A stretch of 56,572 bases of DNA, filler included, from Porpidia crustulata (taxonomy: Eukaryota), in NCBI GenBank assembly GCA_964255105.1. It is 6 parts of 6 records of this genome, joined end to end, with 100 filler letters (N's around TTAATTAATTAA, not from the genome) between each part and the next. Parts side by side here need not be neighbours in the genome. Positions count along the whole stretch, not along the records: positions 1 to 9,386 come from CAXUWE010000952.1; positions 9,487 to 18,843 come from CAXUWE010000953.1; 4 more parts are not named here. One strand, given 5' to 3'. A program made the position numbers and the translations under genes. The notes under the pieces are model-generated. The model was not told the DNA's origin and did not search any database. It worked only from the letters and a program-made list of their open reading frames with translations. This document shows, piece by piece, positions 1 through 13,800 of the stretch (position 1 is the stretch's first letter; every line of letters starts with the position of its first letter).

Positions 1-80
1 GTTTTTGCTGTGGAGGATGAGGAGGAGGAGGAAGGTTCGGGAGTGGAGAGTGGGGTTTGGGTTATGTGTTCGACTTTCAT
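1..80 (-). CDS. Possible 5' end of a gene running off the window start (MKVEHITQTPLSTPEPSSSSSSSTAK...)
   Basis: ATG at 80-78 in an ACCACC-ATG context on the minus strand, open to position 1, preceded by a C/A-rich 5'UTR-like stretch. Too short to identify. Confidence 0.35.
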   Translation of the reverse strand, partial: MKVEHITQTPLSTPEPSSSSSSSTAK

Positions 81-497
81 GGTGGTAGCTTGGACAATGG
101 AATGTGGTGGTTGTTGTTTTTGTTCGCTTTGTTTGAGGATGGAAGAAATCAAAGGCTTTGTGTTAGAGGGGATTTAGGTGCTTTGTGTTCATGGAAGGGC
201 GGGAAGATGTGAAGGGGGGTTAACGATGATGAAACGGTGACGAAATGGTTTGCAAACAATGAGTTGTGAAGGACGGTGGGAATTGTTTGGATTCTTTTAC
301 TTCGAGTGGTGGTGAGTTGTCGGCTTGTGAGTGATTGCTGGAACATTGATCAGTGACACTGACAGCGCTGGCTCAGGGTTTGAGCGACAGGAAATATTGC
401 GCAGTAGGATGAAATTTTGTTTTGCCGTAGATTCCCAAATTTACTTCGTAATGTTCCTCATAACAGAACGACCGAACGCCATCACTTGCAGAGTATC

Positions 498-3400
498 TCA
501 AAATCCAAGGGTATTTTTCACGGCTGTGATCGAATTAGTCTCCTTGCAGAAGAGAACACTTAAAGCGCAAGGCTCAATAAACTCACCCCCCATGACAACC
601 TTTTTCTTTGTCCTCCCCACAAACTTACTCACATCATCCCCCCACTTCGCGCTGTTATCCTCCATTCTATCCATCGAATCTCCCATGATGTTTAGATTTT
701 GTGTTCGCTCTTGCACTTGTCTTTGCATGTAAGCCCAGTAGCCCTCACTGCCAGGAGCAGGTGAAGAAGAGGAAGGATCGGCACGGCCAGCGGCACGCTG
801 AGCTTGATCCTCTGCACGCATTTGTTCAAGCATGCTCTTGGAGGGGGGGCGATCAGCTCCGCCGACTATTGGGAGGCGTCAGCTACCGGGAGGATTGGGA
901 GGTAATATTGGAAAGGAAAGTGGTCTTACTCAGGAGATCCATGTCGGTAGGGGTGATGTACTGTGTTCCTGATATCCATTGGAGATTCGATATAGTCGGT
1001 CGCGGAGGTGGGACAGCATCCGGGTTGAAAATCTTGTCAAGAGATCGGGTTCTAATCCTGACTCAGAGCTGTCCAGAATACTACTAGATTATGATCACTT
1101 ACAGATTGTCTCCGGTACCCCATACATGCAGTACGGCGATTTCCGAAGGGCCGGTCCATCCAAATATGTCTCCAGTCGGCGTGATGATGGCTTCCGAAAA
1201 CCTACTTATGTCTAAGATGTTGGAGACGTTACTCGAAGCGATCTGCTTCAGCCCGGGTATTGAATACACTTTCGCACATCCGTCACCAAAAAGTCCAATT
1301 AAGGCGTAACCGTGCGCCTCAAATCTGACCACCGCGGCTGCAGAGCAGAATACTTGATCCCAGGTCTTGTTGGCCCCTTTAGTTGCTACCGGTTTGAAAA
1401 TCTTGACAGAAGTTGTTGTTACTACCACGAGAGCCCCGTTCGTCTTGGAGCCACTACGAAGACCAGCAACAAGGCTTGGACTAGCATCTACAGGTTCTCC
1501 TGTATCTGCATTGATTGGCGACAAGGAGATGATTTTATCTTCCAGGGGGCAACTGCCAGCGAGCTTGACAGAATAGCCTCCGTGGGCTTCTGGAAGGAGT
1601 TTGAAGGTTACCAGGCGGCCAAGGTTGGTTCCTACGAATAGCAAGATACTCGAATAGTCTATAGCCGTTAGCTAAGCTCTATTGGCTTGTTGTAATAAGA
1701 CGATGCCCCATTGTTGAAAGGAGGAGCATAATTGAAGTCTTTTGAATTAAGGATATGCTTACCTTCTCCCTCAAGGCTCATGACGCCAAATTCTATAGTC
1801 GTCGACCATTCCTGTCTATTGTGAGATTGACTATTGCTCTTGCGGAAGCTCCCACGCCTGCCTTGGCTTGTGAAATCGCTCAAGCTAGCATCGTAGATAA
1901 CTGCAGGGCCTCTGAGGTCGATCACAACTATACTTCCGCCTTCGAATCCTGCAGCTACGAAGCCGACGTCGCTCATTTTGAGTGACATAACAGGCCCTTG
2001 CTGCTGATTTAACAAAATGAAAGGGAGAAGTCCTTCCTTTACTGTAGGCTCCGCCCGATCAATTATCGATTCCAGACCAAAATCCTTCTCTACCTTATGA
2101 GGTACTTCCTTGCCTACATTTGGATTACGAGCCCAACGAAATACTGCGACTTCACCAGTTCGCAAACCAATTGCTAGCTCTCCTGTAGCGCTAGACATTG
2201 ACATGGCAGCAATGTCTACATCATGTGCGTGTCCGAGAACTCGAGCCACATCAACTTGAACCATGTTTTGATTCTCTATCTCATCGTCATGACCCGCATC
2301 CCAAACGCGGATGGTACCATCGGCATGGGCTGCTTGTAAAATATTTCGATGGGCAAAACGTTTGACGGCATATTTGGCTTCGGCTCCACCACGTAGTAGC
2401 AATGGGCCTCGCTGGCGGCTTTCCCGCATACCGAGCCAACGAGTTCGTTCGATATAGGCAAGTGATAAAAGGTTGACAAATGGATGAACAAAAGTCAGGG
2501 ATATATGCAATTGGTTGGTAGGGGTGATTTGATGGCCGGAAGGGAAGCTCAATGTGACCAGTTCTCCGGATGCTAAAAGGGCAATGATAGCTATAGGGTC
2601 ATGGGACCCAGCGTAGTGCGGCGATTTACGAGGAATGAGACAGAAGTCAACGACTTCAGCGGTTGGGGGAGTTTGAAGAGTATGCTGCCTCTTGGGTCGC
2701 TCGAAGTACTGTGAAATGGCTTGCCACGAAGAAGTCGCATAGACCGGTGCTAGTCCAAGGTCAAGAAAAGTAAGACCCTTGCTCAACGGTGTTGTTGGTA
2801 TCCCTCCTGCAATCAATATCCCAGTGTCATCTGGATTCTCCTTAGAACACCATGCGACGCGGAAAAGGGGTTCTTTGACAGCTAGTGTTCCTGATGCTGT
2901 TACGGTACTTCCTGACGCAGCGCCTGGCTGATCGACATTGGTGGCCTGTATTGTCCTTGCCATGACCTTTCGGCCATCTTTCACGTCCCAGAAGACTAGG
3001 CTAGAATCCTCATGCCCTGTAAGTATAAAAGTGCCACTTGGGTGCCAAAGCGCTTGGGTCAATCGTGGATGACGAAGACTGCTGGCAGGTGACGGGTCTG
3101 AATCCCCCCCTGGAGCGCCTGGTTGCAATTCATATCGAAAGAATTTCGATTGGGCGCTTTGTTTGAAAGAGTAAATGACTGCCCCCTCGGAATATCCAAT
3201 AAGCAATGTACCAATATCTCGAGGGTGGAAAGCCAGCGATTCGACGGGCAGGAAGCGAGCCTTGGGATTGCGATCTTTCCAAAGGTTGGGTATCCTGAAA
3301 GGTGCTAGACCCTGCCGATCCAGATCATACGCGACGATGTCCCCTTAAGCTGGTCTCAGCATTAACCTCGTCTCTTGCAGGTAGAGGGTTCGCTCCACAA

Positions 3401-3889
3401 ACCATTCTGGAGCCCTATAAGGGCAAAGTCCAGGGTTGAGTCGGTTAGCAAAGCGGTAACCAGCCCTGGGGGCGCATACGATGCTATTATCCTCGTCGAT
3501 TCCAATGAGTACACCGATATGTCATTTCTTGAGTCGATGCAAACGAGCTTATCTGCGCAGAATTGGAGGATCTTGACCGATGCCTTTCTTGCTAGTGAGA
3601 GACCGGTGGAGACTCGTTTCTGGCCAAAGATGTAGATCTGGCCGCTACCATATCTCGATTGATTAGTACCCACAGCCAAGAGCGACTGCACAGGATCGTA
3701 TGCTAGGGCGCTTGTCTGAGAATTGATGCCATATCGTACTACCTTCAACGTAATTAAGGTCAGAAACTACAGCATCAGACATGAGCGATGGATTCTGGGT
3801 ACTTCATCAATAGCAAAAAGCTCCGGCTCCAGCCCAGCGGAAAGATCTCTCTGTACACCAGCTTGTTTCCCCCGAAGGAATCCTGCCAT
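498..3889 (-). CDS. SRO7: Lethal giant larvae/tomosyn family SNARE-dependent exocytosis protein (WD40 propellers, C-terminal R-SNARE-like coil), multi-exon
   Basis: Start MAGFLRGKQAGVQRDLS at 3889. Motifs ALAYDPVQSLLAVGT, LLIGYSEG, WHPSGTFILTGHED and MSDVGFVAAGFEGGS. C-terminus ERTQNLNIMGDSMDRMEDNS. The ORF pieces are joined by GT-AG introns at the junctions I checked; last exon AVKNTLGF* ends at 498. Confidence 0.92.
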
Positions 3890-4049
3890 ACTGCGACCCG
3901 TCCCAGTGTACGTGGATGTACAGCTGAGATGATCCGAGGCTACAAACAGCTGATCCCTGCAGCGGGAGGTCCCGGAAAGCAATGACGCTATCAGCATCCA
4001 AAGATTTCATGGAAACCACCTCGGCGTCAACATCCATTCCTACACTACT

Positions 4050-5973
4050 ATGGCGACTGACATCAGGGCTTCTGAATTGGAAGATCCAATTGACGTAGCT
4101 GAATACCTCTTCCGAAGACTTCACGAGGTGGGTGTGAGAGGGGTTCATGGCGTGCCTGGAGATTATAACCTGGTTAGTGTCCTGGTTATGGAATAACGAC
4201 CATTACTCACTGCTACAGGTAGCTCTAGATTATATTCCCAAGACAGGACTCAGCTGGATCGGCAACTGCAATGAGCTCAATGCAGGTATTCTAAGACAAG
4301 ACTGGGTCGCAGGCCTATTACTGAGGATGCACTAGGTTATGCTGCAGATGGCTATGCTAGGGTCAAGGGTATCTCCGCCATAATCACTACATTCGGTGTC
4401 GGAGAGCTTAGTACCTTGAATGCAATTGCTGGCGCCTACTCCGAATTTGTCCCTATCGTTCACATTGTGGGGACGCCCTCAACCCTTTCTCAAAAGGATG
4501 GCATGCTCCTACATCATACGCTGGGTAATGGGAACTTCCAAGTCTTTGCGGATATGAGTCGAAACATCTCTTGTGCTATGGCAATGCTTAACGATCCTCA
4601 TGAGGCAGCCACGTTGATCGACTATGCTTTTCGGGAATGTTGGGTGCAGTCAAGACCAGTCTACGTTGCACTACCAACAGACATGGTTCAGAAAAAGGTA
4701 GAAGGTGCGAGATTGAAAACAAAGATAAATCTCGAACATCCTTCAAATGATACTGAGAAAGAAGATTATGTTGTGGACGTTGTTTTGAAATATTTGCATC
4801 AAGCTAAGAATCCAATCATATTGGTAGACGCTTGCGCTCAAAGGCACCGAGTTCTTGATGAGGTTCATCAACTTGTCGAAAAGTCCGGTCTTCCAACATT
4901 TGTCACGCCGATGGGCAAGGGCGCAGTCAACGAAACATTGCCTACCTACGGTGGAGTTTATGCTGGAAATGGGAGTAATGCGGGGGTCAAAGAGCGCGTT
5001 GAATCGTCAGACCTCGTACTTAGTATTGGAGCAATCAAGTCAGATTTCAACACTGCTGGTTTCACATACCGTGTCAGTCAGCTCTCAACCATCGATTTCC
5101 ATAGCAATTACATCCGAGTCAAATATTCCGAATACCCGGGTGTACGGATGCAAGGCGTTTTGCAAAAAATTATTGCGCGAATGGGAAGACTTAGTATTCA
5201 AGCAGGTCCACAAGCAAACAACAAGATCGCAGCAGAAGACCGGGAGCTGTCACATGAATTGGTGATTAGCCACGCATGGTTGTGGCCGAGAGTTGGACAA
5301 TGGCTACAGCCGAACGATATCATCGTGACCGAGACAGGAACTGCCAATTTCGGGATCTGGGAGACTAAGTTTCCAGCTGGTGTCACTGCCCTTTCTCAGG
5401 TTCTCTGGGGATCAATTGGGTATTCTGTAGGTGCCTGTCAAGGTGCTGCACTTGCGGCAAAAGAAACCGGTGATAGGCGAACAGTGCTCTTTGTTGGGGA
5501 TGGCTCGTTTGAGTTGACGGCTCAGGAACTCAGCACTATGATCCGCCATGACTTGAAGCCAATCATGTGAGACCATTTTGTTGACGAACCGTGAGTACGG
5601 ATGAGCGTGCTGATAGCTCTAGATTTGTAATCTGTAACGAAGGCTACACCATCGAACGCATGATCCACGGGATGGATGCTGTATATAACGATATACAGCA
5701 GTGGCATTACAAAGATCTCGTTGCTGTCTTTGGCGCAGATCCCGAAAAGTCCAAGACATTTCAAGTCAAGACAAAACAAGAAGCAGAAAACCTCTTCAAT
5801 GACAAAGAATTTTCTTCTGCGCCATACTTACAGGTAGGCCCAATACTTCCGGTTCAGCCTTTGTCAGTACTGATGACTCTCAGTTTGTCGAATTGTATAT
5901 GCCCAAGGAAGATGCACCCAAGGCTTTGAAATTGACCGCAGAGGCATCCGCTGCAGTAAATGCGAAGCAGTAG
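4050..5973 (+). CDS. pdcA: Pyruvate decarboxylase (TPP-dependent), 5 exons
   Basis: [90 protein letters not shown] and the TPP motif [11 protein letters not shown]...NEGYTIER. Four GT-AG introns; TAG at 5971-5973. Confidence 0.95.
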
Positions 5974-6916
5974 AGTTTGCCCCATATGTAAACCTTCGAG
6001 GTGATATGACGAAAAGAAATACAATTAGTTCAATTGCAGATGCAAAGATTGGGCATTAGTCGTCGAAAACCATTTAATCCCACTGCGTAACGCGACTTGA
6101 CTGAAACAGCAGTCTATTTGTCACGTTCAGTATTGTATACGAAGTAATACGAAGGGTAACACCGAAAGTGCTGCAGCCTCACGCTAAGAGTATTGAAACA
6201 TATGGTACCTTAGATTACAATTACTATACGCTTAATGTGCTCCTCGACAGAAATTCTAGCCAAATAATTCAACGTATAGAACTCAATCAACCTTCATAAT
6301 AGTATCAAAGTTACGAAAATCGAATTGCTTTCGCATCATCTATCGTTACTATATCGCTACATATGTGTTCTGAGCTGTTTCGCTTACTAGCACTGAGCAG
6401 GACTTTCGATATCACTCGCCGTATTGGTGCTCGAGGGTCGGTTGCATAAATCGCTGTTAACATTCAGTCTGATATTGCGTACGGATAATTTGTTGTGAAG
6501 GCATATTTCCTAATTTTGGGATGTGGTTTGGCTTGTGGAGGGCCACTTATGCCAGACTTCGTGCATGAGGTCGTGAAATTTATGAAGTGTCGAATAGCTT
6601 TATCCTTGATTTACATAACAAATGTAGTGGATGATACTTTTTCTATGCGAGAGGTCGACGTGCATATGCGCTTGGAACCATGTGCAAAATACCGTCATAA
6701 GTAGTCTTGAGATGGCGTTCCAGGCTTTAGGGGCCGGTTTTGGTTTCGCTGTTTACACCAATGTTCGAGGATCACTTTTGGCACCTGGGAAGTTCACCTA
6801 TCATGAACAAAAGCTCTCAATTTAGCGAGGGACAGGTTTTGGCCATCCTCCAAAGGGTTTCTTGTTCAAGAACAAGGGCGTGCTCATTGCACATTTAGAC
6901 ATGCTGAGGATGTATT

Positions 6917-8146
6917 TCATGGAGAAAAGAACCACGGATGTGCCAAGAGCTCCTCGGCCGCCGGCCTAAGCCCTGGAGCCAGGTTCAAGAGCTGTCCAAA
7001 AAACTCCTTGTCACCAGGCTCGAGCCCTTCGATGTTTCGCCACAAGGAGAATGGTTTCCTAGGAGTGTTCTTGTCGAAGCTCTGATCAAGCCCGATGAAG
7101 ACCGAACACCAAGGACTATCTTCGATATGGTCCATCAGCGCTGGAGGAAGGGGCCCGAAATACGAAAACATGTTAGAAAGCACCTCAACCTCCGGCGTGA
7201 CGCCATACTCCAGCTTATCGTAGGCGAAGATGACCATTTTGGTAATGCCGTAGACAGCCTAGTATGACGGGGCAACAATGATTATTGAAAAGCTAATACT
7301 TGGCAAGTGGCAGGAGTGTGTGGGCTCGTAGGCAAGAAAGAGGGACTTACCGTAACTCCAAACGACCAGATATCTGATGCTTTGCCCACACGAGTCCCTG
7401 TCTGGGCTTCGGGGCTACGCCAAAGGACGTTGCCGACTTGGGCAAAGATAGACTCCCCCTTCTCCGCTCTGGCGGCGTCCTCAGTGTCGGACAGAGTAAC
7501 TTCGTGAATCTCTCGCATGCCTTTCGCGTTGCGCACATATGAGATCAAGACATTTTGGGCTTAATGTCTATGAGACTCCTCGCCAGTCCGTCATTAGCAA
7601 CCACATCAATTATCTGGGGTCCTGCAAACAATGCTGAGGAAGACATTACCACCGTGTACCCAATCTTTGCCATGACAAGCGGCTATGCCCTTTAGAAGGT
7701 CCAGAAGAATCCGCTTGACCTGCGATCTAGAGACTGGTCCGCTCTGTATAAAACTTAAAAAATCCTCGGTGTAATGTTGAAAGACAAGGGCCTTGTTAAC
7801 ATCATCACCGTCGACTGGGAGGCGAACAAAAGGACTAAACGACAAGTCCTTCTGGAGCCTAAACGCCTGATCATATAGAAACGGAGTAACAGGCTTCACC
7901 ACATAGTAGATGTTGTTGTTGGAGCTACATTTTGTTATTGGAAAAGCCCAGCCAAAGACCGAGAGATGCCAGATAAAGCGGAAGATACGTACAAAGCGAG
8001 CCATAGTCAATATGCCACTTCTTTTTCCTTGTATTTTTCTTTTCTTTCATAAAAAAATTCTGAAGATGATAAGGAATGCCGGTTCGACCGAAAAGTGTTT
8101 GGCCAACTTGCAGGGAGGAAGTCATCCTTACTGCCGTTCGTCGCAT
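6917..8146 (-). pseudogene. Fungal Ser/Thr protein kinase-like pseudogene, 4 exons
   Basis: Motifs YVVK, WVHGDIKP, DTEDA in place of DFG, GNVLWRSPE, SDIWSFG and RPAAEELLAHPWF. Lesions: probable frameshift in the T7 run at 8051-8057, in-frame TGA at 8009-8007, and a 1-nt deletion at ~7553-7556 giving HGDIKPKMS*. Confidence 0.8.
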
Positions 8147-8701
8147 ATCGCTGGTTATTAATTACGTTGTCATTATCGCTAACGCATAAGCAAAGGTACT
8201 GTACGAAAGAGAATATAATACGTTAACATTTAAGGTTGATTGGCTGTCGTTTGCTGCCAAGCATGTTACCTTACGTGACTGAACTTCATTTCTTTGTTTT
8301 TGCTTCGTAGCACTGAGTGAGCATTAAATTGAATATTGAATTGAGCACTGAATGGGCATTAAAATCGACTGTTTTCGTGATCGTTTTCGCTAAATCCTCA
8401 TCTCGCACCGAGATGGCGACCCTCTAGTGTCGTTTACTATTAAATCATAATATATATCTAGGACGTGGAGTTAAGCGTCCAACAAGCCGTTGCCTTCTTA
8501 CAGTCAGTCCTTCTTGGCCTATGGCTGCATTAATTACTACCCAGCACCTCAATAACGAGAAGAGCAACCCTCTTCGCCCTCCTTGCTCAATCCCGTGCTA
8601 TTCATCGTCGAATCGCATTTCTCCATAGTTGACCGCCATTTATGAGAAACACAACGCTTGTGCTTTTGGCTACTGCCCACGAGCTAGAACCTATTGCCAA
8701 C

Positions 8702-9154
8702 ATGTCCACTTCAGCTAAGCTTATCGGCAGTGAGTTCATCAAATCCATCTCGCATGGCGAAAAAACCGTGTCCATCGAGTGGGCGAAGCAAACGACTGCC
8801 TGGAACCGCACTCTTTGCGCCCCCGAGCTTCAGAAAGAGTTTGCCACTGTTGTCGAGGCAAACAAGAGCCAGCTGCCCGCCGGCACCATCAAAGTTGCCA
8901 TGAAGTTAGTTAACATGTCAATGGAATAGAAGGATAGCTGGAACTTCTTGGTCACTAAGCGCCGCGACAGGGTGTCCGAGTATCAAAGCAACCAAGACAA
9001 GAGAAAACATTACACGGCATTCTGTAAAGATGCAAGTAACAATGATCTCCCGACGCAATACTTTGTTAGGCAGAGCCAGAGGGGAACGCGCGTCAGGGCC
9101 AATGGGCTGGATGGCCTCGAATACCTCTACTCTAGAAGTTTCGAGTATGGATAG
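8702..9154 (+). CDS. Small uncharacterised protein (~128 aa), 2 exons
   Basis: ATG 8702. Intron 8905-8970 (GTTAGT...CTAAG...CAG) joins ORFs 8642-8929 and 8948-9154 in frame. TA-rich element near 8447-8459. Confidence 0.6.
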
Positions 9155-9386
9155 TTGTCACGTCTAAGATCAAGGACGGAGCGAGCGGTGCGTACGGATA
9201 CCGAAGATGTACGTTCTTTCCTAATTGATGAATATTATGAATTAGAATAATGTTAGCGAGATGCAGCCTATTCTCCTGATTTCTCCATAAAATGATCATC
9301 GAAGGAAGACATGGCAATGCGATTACAACAACAGGATGATTGCACCACACAACCGCGTAGTCGAGCTACGTAATGCATGATTGGAC

Positions 9387-9486
9387 NNNNNNNNNNNNNN
9401 NNNNNNNNNNNNNNNNNNNNNNNNNNNNNNTTAATTAATTAANNNNNNNNNNNNNNNNNNNNNNNNNNNNNNNNNNNNNNNNNNNN
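9387..9486. other. Artificial contig linker (N44-TTAATTAATTAA-N44)
   Basis: 100-bp spacer with stop codons in all six frames, repeated identically five times in the window. Confidence 0.99.
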
Positions 9487-10545
<1,059 letters not shown>

Positions 10546-10880
10546 GAGAAAAGGAATTAATTACAAGTTGAAGAAAATTCGAGCTTGAACCGATCTCGCT
10601 CGTCGGCATGAAAAACCCCGACTTCTTAGGGTAGGGCTAGATGACGTTGATAAGACCCTTTTTAGGTGCAGCCAAAGTGCATTACTTTGTGCCTGAAAGT
10701 CTCTATCAGACACTGCGCTGTTTGAAGGAAAGCGTTTTGATTATGTTCCCATCGCAGCTTTTGTAGAGCCCCATATCGATATGTGTTTACGATAACCTAC
10801 ACGCTTTCTAAGATCTAAGTCATGTCGATATCAGTCCCTATGATGCCTATGCCATTTTCCAACCCCTACAATTACCGAGT

Positions 10881-13800
10881 CTATGCGAACATAGCATGGA
10901 ACTTCTCATCAAACTCTAGTTTCAACTTCGACAACGCCTTGTAGACCTTCAGGAACCCCTCCTCAATCTCATCTACCGTTTGGCCGTTCATATCAGGCGC
11001 ACCATTTTCATGCAAATCTCCATTCGTGATCTCGTGGTTATCATTATCATCAACATCGTCATCGTCCCAGGATTCTACCACCTTCTTCGCACGAGCTTTT
11101 GACGCGACTGGTACCAAGGCGAGTGCTTTACCCCTTTCAGATTGCAAACTGGCCACACTGCTGCCGTCTGTCAATTCCGGTACGTCCGCAGCAGATTTGT
11201 CATCTTCAAGTGCATTCTGCTCATCACCTTCTCCGATTATGTCTGCCATGCTGATATCGGAATCTGGAAGCTTCAGGAAGTTGGCTAGGCTTGTAGTGAT
11301 TGTAGCTAATACCATCGAAAAGTCTTGTCGAGCAGACAAGTATTAGCATAAGTTATGATAGCAAAACGAGGGCGAAAATTTCGAGCATTCTTGAACTCAC
11401 CATTTAGTAGGAACCATACGTCTGATTTGCGGACGCCATTTGCTTTCTCAATAGCATCTATATCGCCGTGCATGTAGAAATCATAGAGATCTGGGAGAGA
11501 ATGATAAATCAGTAATTTGTACTCACGCATGGACCGTGTATCTTGCAAGATAGAAAACTTACAAGCGTTCAGTGGTGTCTTCGACTCGTCCGGGTACACA
11601 TCTAGATGAGGTATTACTGCTTCCTCTAAAAAGACACCTCCTCGTGCTGTGCGGCACAGATCTGAGATACTATCAAATTTATCCCCATGCCCCGATAAAG
11701 CGACGAATGGAGATCTAACACGTGTGCGCGGCAGGGTCCCTTCGAGTAGTATAGCGGTGTTGCTACCGCCAGCTTCAACCCCAGTCAACGGTAACTTACA
11801 GTCGTCCTCCTCGATGTGCTGTTCCACAAACGTCCTTACGTACGTTGTAAAGATCTGCAGCGTGTCCTCATTATGTTGGCGTAATATTCTCACTGCTTGT
11901 GGAGGTAGTGGAGGTAGGAATACGATTGAAGGCGACCGCTTCACAACGTTCTCAATATATTCGACGTCGGCCTCCCTACATGGTCTCCGCCCAAACAAGT
12001 GCGCCAGCACAACCATTAAAGATCGAAGGACGCTAGACTCTTTCACCGTGATATCTGAACACAAGTCATGGAAAAACCCCTCTTTAAGGAGGACATTAAC
12101 AGCAAAGCTTGAGTTCTCTGTAAAGTATAGGTGAGATGTCAGGCCTGCAAAGTTGATCGGGGCACCGTAAGGACTGAGCAGACTCTGTCTACGTAGATAC
12201 TCGATGGAAAATCGAAGGTGGTGCAGCACCTGGTCCTTGAACGCCGGTCCATCCAGATACAGCCGTGGCTGCGAGAGCAACGAATTGATTGCCCGCATTG
12301 CGTACGGGCTGTCGCGTGACTCATCGAGCAGCGAAAATAATCTGAGCACAAGTGTAGTCGTAACAGGGAAATGGCCATTGAGGTCTGGTAACCTACTACT
12401 CAGTAGGCGGCAGACCTTTGCCGTGGTCAGGTTTTGAAATACTACATTGCCGAGTAGATCAAAACCTCGGCGTCCAGCACGACCTGCTGCCTGCCGGAAA
12501 TTCAAGGCTGTCAAGAAGACGCTGTCGCCAGAGAAAACCACAGTGGCGCACGGCATATTTATACCGAGGGCAAGGGTCCCTGTAGCGATCACGACACGAA
12601 GGTAACCCTTTCTAAACAGCATCTCGACCCTACGGAGTAATCTCAGTTTGCCGGATATAGTCAAGGTACTAGCTTCACACTAGAACGGGAGTGATCGTGG
12701 AAAGAAAAGAGTGGAATAGGTACGTGAACTGGAGTAGAAGCAAAAGTTTCAACTTACACTTGACGATATTTGCGATTCATTCCAGCATGATGTACACCGA
12801 TGCCCCTAGTCAATGCATCCATAAGCCACGGCGATATTCCTCTTCGTCTGAGGTGCCAGAAATGCTCAACTAATTCTTTAGTCTCAACTTTTTGCTTTGC
12901 CGCAAAATGAAAGCCATCAACTGGTGAATTAGAGTCAAAGCTTGCGTAAGGACTTGCTTCATCATTGGCTGCATCTTGGACCCTCTCCGCTTTTGATGTT
13001 GGGTCTTCGTCATCCACTTTGCCTTTTTTCTTGGGGGCAACCTTCGGTGCCCTCTTCGAGAACACTTTTGTCTGTTCCTTCTTCCATTGCTCCCAGCCGT
13101 TGAGATATGCCTTCCACGAGGGACTAGTCTCTTTCCAATGTTCCTCCGCTGCTACCAATTGCATTAGGACTGCCTTGCAGATTGTCTCACATTTCGATCT
13201 GTCATAATTAAAGAAAATCGCTGGAAGCGCATCTCTTTCATGAAGTCTACACAGCAGCGGAAGCGTAGTCTGTAGTAGGTCTTCCGTGTCGACGTCAATA
13301 AATTTGTCCGTTGTTGCAGGGGTAATTTGTCGCTTTGAGATCTGGCTCTCGTTACCGTGTTTGTCATTCAACGACTTACTGAGATCACGCAGAACCGTGT
13401 CGAATGGAGATTGCTGGTCAGTCATCCATTCCTTCAGGAGCACTTTGAGATCTTTTTCCCATTCAATGATATCGGCTTTCCTGATGACTTTGGGCAGATT
13501 TGAAGGATCTAGTGACTTTTTGACTGGGTAATCGTCGGTTTTGTGCCGCTCCATTGCCCACCACAAGGTCAGACAATCTCTGGCCTCTAAGCTCAGGTCG
13601 TCTGGCAGACCTCTGGATTTGTTCACCAAGCTTGCCACCGGATGCATTAATTCAAAATTAGGGACCCCATCCAAACCAAGGGTGGCGAAAGAAGATCGCT
13701 CTGCTAGACCTTGAAAAGAGAAACTTTTGGGAGGGTGAAATATAAACTTTCGTAAATCGGAATATCGGTGCTGGTGGGTGACCATTGTCAATTTGAATCC

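Noticed and set aside
9431..9442. TTAATTAATTAA palindrome repeated five times, and ORFs ending in X...LIN
   Set aside because: Synthetic linker carrying stop codons in all six frames; not biological.
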